This document shows positions 61,639-64,000 of a DNA stretch of 64,000 bases, piece after piece (the stretch's first letter is position 1; each line of letters starts with the position of its first letter). Source of the stretch: Chloroflexota bacterium (GTDB lineage Bacteria; Chloroflexota; Limnocylindria; Limnocylindrales; CSP1-4); the NCBI GenBank assembly GCA_017881915.1, contig JADGQK010000003.1, positions 7,365 through 71,364 of the forward strand. The letters run 5' to 3'. A program made the position numbers and the translations under genes. A model generated the notes under the pieces. It was not told where the DNA came from. It made no database searches and worked only from the letters and a program-made list of their open reading frames with translations.

Positions 61639-62399
61639 CGAGCCGGCCCGCCTGCAATTCGGGCCCGGGCACCGATCGGCTCGGGTCGGACGGTCGAGCG
61701 ATAGCCCACGCCGCGCACGGTGGCCACGAAACGGGGCTCGGCCGCCGTGTCCTCGAGCTTGTCGCGCAGGCGGCCAATGTGGACGTCGATCGTCCGCTCG
61801 AGGACCGCCTCGGCTTCCAGGCCATAGACGGCATCGAGCAGCTGGTCCCGGGTGAGGACCCGGCCGTCCGCCTCGAGCAAGGCGACCAGGAGCCGGAATT
61901 CGATGGCGGTCAGGGCCACGGGCCGCCGGCCGAGCTCTGCCGTGTGGCGCTCCCGGTCAACCCTGAGCTCACCGTGGACGAGGGGCCTGCTGACCTCGGC
62001 CTGCGGCTCCACGTCGCCACTGTGATCCGACCGGGCGAGCACCCGCTGCACCCGGGCGACGAGCTCGGCCGGCGAGAACGGCTTGGGCAGGTAATCATCG
62101 GCACCGGTGGCGAGGCCGGCGATCCGATCCGCGGTCATGCCGCGCGCCGAGAGGATGATGATCGGAGTGTCGGCCGTCCTTCGGATCGCGCGGACAACCG
62201 AGAGGCCGTCGATCTCGGGCAGCATCAGGTCCAGGACGACGAGCGCCGGCTGGTCCCGGGCGATCGCCGCCAGCGCAGCTCGGCCGTCAGGCGCCTCGCC
62301 GACCCGGTAGCCCGCCCGCTCGAGGTAGGCCCGGACGAGGCGCACGATCTTGGCGTCGTCATCAACGACGAGGATCGACCGGGTGGAGTCGGCAGGCAT
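61635..62399 (-). CDS. OmpR-family response regulator (canonical)
   Basis: ILVVDDD, VVLDLMLP, IIILSA, DDYLPKPF; winged helix LTAIEFRLL...VRGVGYR. Confidence 0.92.
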   Translation of the reverse strand: MPADSTRSILVVDDDAKIVRLVRAYLERAGYRVGEAPDGRAALAAIARDQPALVVLDLMLPEIDGLSVVRAIRRTADTPIIILSARGMTADRIAGLATGADDYLPKPFSPAELVARVQRVLARSDHSGDVEPQAEVSRPLVHGELRVDRERHTAELGRRPVALTAIEFRLLVALLEADGRVLTRDQLLDAVYGLEAEAVLERTIDVHIGRLRDKLEDTAAEPRFVATVRGVGYRSTVRPEPIGARARIAGGPAR

Positions 62400-62407
62400 G
62401 GCAGGCC

Positions 62408-62413
62408 ATCCTA
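62408..62413 (-). promoter_or_regulatory. candidate -10 (TAGGAT) for a leaderless two-component/copper operon transcript
   Basis: Minus strand reads TAGGAT, then 8 nt, then ATG 62399. Confidence 0.3.
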
Positions 62414-62443
62414 GTGACCGGCGCGTGACAGCGTCGTGACAGC
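62414..62443. promoter_or_regulatory. three GTGAC(C/A) direct repeats phased at 11 bp, candidate response-regulator binding site
   Basis: GTGACC at 62414, GTGACAGC at 62425, GTGACAGC at 62436; inverted TGTCAC at 62467-62472. Confidence 0.45.
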
Positions 62444-62482
62444 CGATCGGGCAGACGACATGCGTTTGTCACATCGGGGCGC

Positions 62483-62488
62483 TAGGGT
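62483..62488 (+). promoter_or_regulatory. candidate -10 (TAGGGT) for a leaderless transcript
   Basis: TAGGGT, then 7 nt, then ATG 62496. Confidence 0.3.
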
Positions 62489-62495
62489 GTCCGCC

Positions 62496-64000
62496 ATGAC
62501 TGGCACGCCCGAGCTCCCCGACGGATCGGACGGGGGTCCATCCAGCGCCGCCGACGGCGGGGCAGCCGGTTCGCGCCTGCTCCGACGCTGGCACGAATCC
62601 TGGCCGCCGGCCGTTGCCGGTGCCCTGGCGGGGGCCGTGGCGATCGCCGTCGGCGAACTCCTGGCGGGCCTGATCCGGGATGCGCCGTCGCTGGTCACGG
62701 CCGTGGGATCCCTGGTCATCGCCCTGCAGCCCTCTGGCGCCAAGGACCTGATGGTGTCGTTGTTTGGCACGAACGACAAGCTGGTGCTCAACATCGCGGT
62801 CCTGGTCGGCGCCCTGTTGATCGCCCTGGTCGCGGGCATCGTTGCCGCCCGGCGGTTCCAGACCGGTGCGTGGATCTTCATCGCCTTCGGGGTCGTGGCG
62901 GCCTTCGCCGCGTACGAGGAGGCCCTGATCTTCAAGCCGTTCGCGATCCTGGTCCCGGCACTCGCCGTCGGAGCTGGCCTGGCCGCCCTGGCGGGCCTCC
63001 TCGCCCTCCTGCCCGGATCGTCGGTCGCCGATGGCCGGCGGGCCGGCGGGTCGGGTAGCCACTCGGCCGACGACGCCGATGAGCGCCCTGTCTGGCGGCC
63101 ATCCGGAAGCGCGGCGGCGACACCGGCGGCTGTCGTCCAGGCCGCCGCGACTCGTTCCGGTTCGCGCCGCCGGCCCCGCCACGGTGGCTCGGCCCGTGAT
63201 GCAGCCACCTCGACGAGCCCGGAGTGGACTCGCCGGCGGTTCCTGATCGCCAGTGCCGGCACGCTCGGGACCGCGGTCATCGCTGGCGGCCTGGGCCGCT
63301 CGCTGGTCAACGGCCAGCATCCGACTGGCGTGGTCAGCACCTCGCATCTGCCGGCCGTCCTGAACCCGGTCCCGCCGCTCAGTTCGACCGAGTCGTTCAG
63401 CGTCCCCGGGATCACCCCGATCGTCATGCCCAACGGCCCGTTCTACAAGATCGACACGACCCTGCTGACGCCCCAGGTGGACGCCAACGCCTGGCAGCTC
63501 GACGTCAAGGGGATGGTCAACCAGCCGCTCTCGTTCACCTACGACGAGCTCCTGGCGATGCCCCTCTTCGAGCAGTACGTCACGATTGCCTGCGTCAGCA
63601 ATGACGTCCCCCACAACAACCAGGCCGGCCTGAACCTCGTCGGCAATGCGCTCTGGACGGGGGTTCGGCTGAAGGATGTCCTCAAGACGGCAGGTATCGC
63701 CAGCGGCGCAACCCAGATCGTCGGACGCTCAGTTGACGATTTCACTGCTGGCTTCCCAACCGACTGGGCGATGGCCGACGGTCGCGAGCCGATGATTGCC
63801 GTCGGGATGAACGGTGTGCCACTGCCGGCCGATCACGGCTTCCCGGCCCGCCTCATCGTGCCCGGCCTGTACGGCTATGTCTCGGCGACGAAGTGGCTGG
63901 CCTCGATTGAGCTGACCACCCGAGAGGCCGTCGACGGTTATTGGATCCCGCTGGGCTGGGCCAAGGACGGACCGATCCTGACCCAGTCGCGGATCGACCT
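62496..64000 (+). CDS. molybdopterin-dependent oxidoreductase (sulfite-oxidase fold) with N-terminal multi-TM domain, 3' end beyond window
   Basis: Absent from the ORF track (no stop in the window). My translation: MTGTPELPDG..., 4-5 TM segments, TRRRFL motif, then YKIDT, CVSN, GFPARLIVPGLYGYVSATKW molybdopterin-binding signatures. Confidence 0.85.
   Translation, partial: MTGTPELPDGSDGGPSSAADGGAAGSRLLRRWHESWPPAVAGALAGAVAIAVGELLAGLIRDAPSLVTAVGSLVIALQPSGAKDLMVSLFGTNDKLVLNIAVLVGALLIALVAGIVAARRFQTGAWIFIAFGVVAAFAAYEEALIFKPFAILVPALAVGAGLAALAGLLALLPGSSVADGRRAGGSGSHSADDADERPVWRPSGSAAATPAAVVQAAATRSGSRRRPRHGGSARDAATSTSPEWTRRRFLIASAGTLGTAVIAGGLGRSLVNGQHPTGVVSTSHLPAVLNPVPPLSSTESFSVPGITPIVMPNGPFYKIDTTLLTPQVDANAWQLDVKGMVNQPLSFTYDELLAMPLFEQYVTIACVSNDVPHNNQAGLNLVGNALWTGVRLKDVLKTAGIASGATQIVGRSVDDFTAGFPTDWAMADGREPMIAVGMNGVPLPADHGFPARLIVPGLYGYVSATKWLASIELTTREAVDGYWIPLGWAKDGPILTQSRID

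Overview
High-GC (about 70%) chromosomal segment with an actinobacterial-type gene repertoire. It is densely coding, with many 4-nt ATGA/GTGA/TTGA stop-start overlaps. I found no rRNA, tRNA, CRISPR array, transposase, integrase or phage gene. Order of content: (1) a nitrogen block: 3'-truncated glutamine synthetase, Ser/Thr kinase + PP2C phosphatase pair, APC permease, an OmpR-type regulator with a degenerate receiver, and glutamate synthase large subunit. (2) A reduced arginine operon, argC-J-B-R-G. (3) A long minus-strand run: OsmC, ABC exporter, TrxB, and an F420 island with cofC, cofD, single-domain cofE, three LLM-class enzymes and a PPOX-class enzyme. (4) Housekeeping genes: mtnP, IMPase, 5'-3' exonuclease, pncA, aceE. 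(5) A MarR-linked block of amidinotransferase, M20 peptidase and class III and V aminotransferases. (6) The conserved but functionally unassigned trio of SCO1664-family kinase-like protein, DUF3090 and histidine-phosphatase-type phosphomutase. (7) A cytochrome c, acyl-CoA synthetase and FAD oxidase unit. (8) A nine-gene copper-type envelope operon headed by a two-component system, divergent from a 3'-truncated membrane-anchored molybdopterin oxidoreductase. No clearly novel multi-gene system is evident. The points most worth a second look are: two perfect 18-19 bp long-range inverted repeats in intergenic DNA; two genes whose conserved N-termini can only be reached from CTG starts; the pseudo-receiver regulator beside gltB; a 0.5 kb unexplained non-coding gap; phased GTGAC repeats in the two-component promoter; and a recurring leaderless-promoter layout. 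All calls come from reading translations and sequence motifs by eye. No database search was run.
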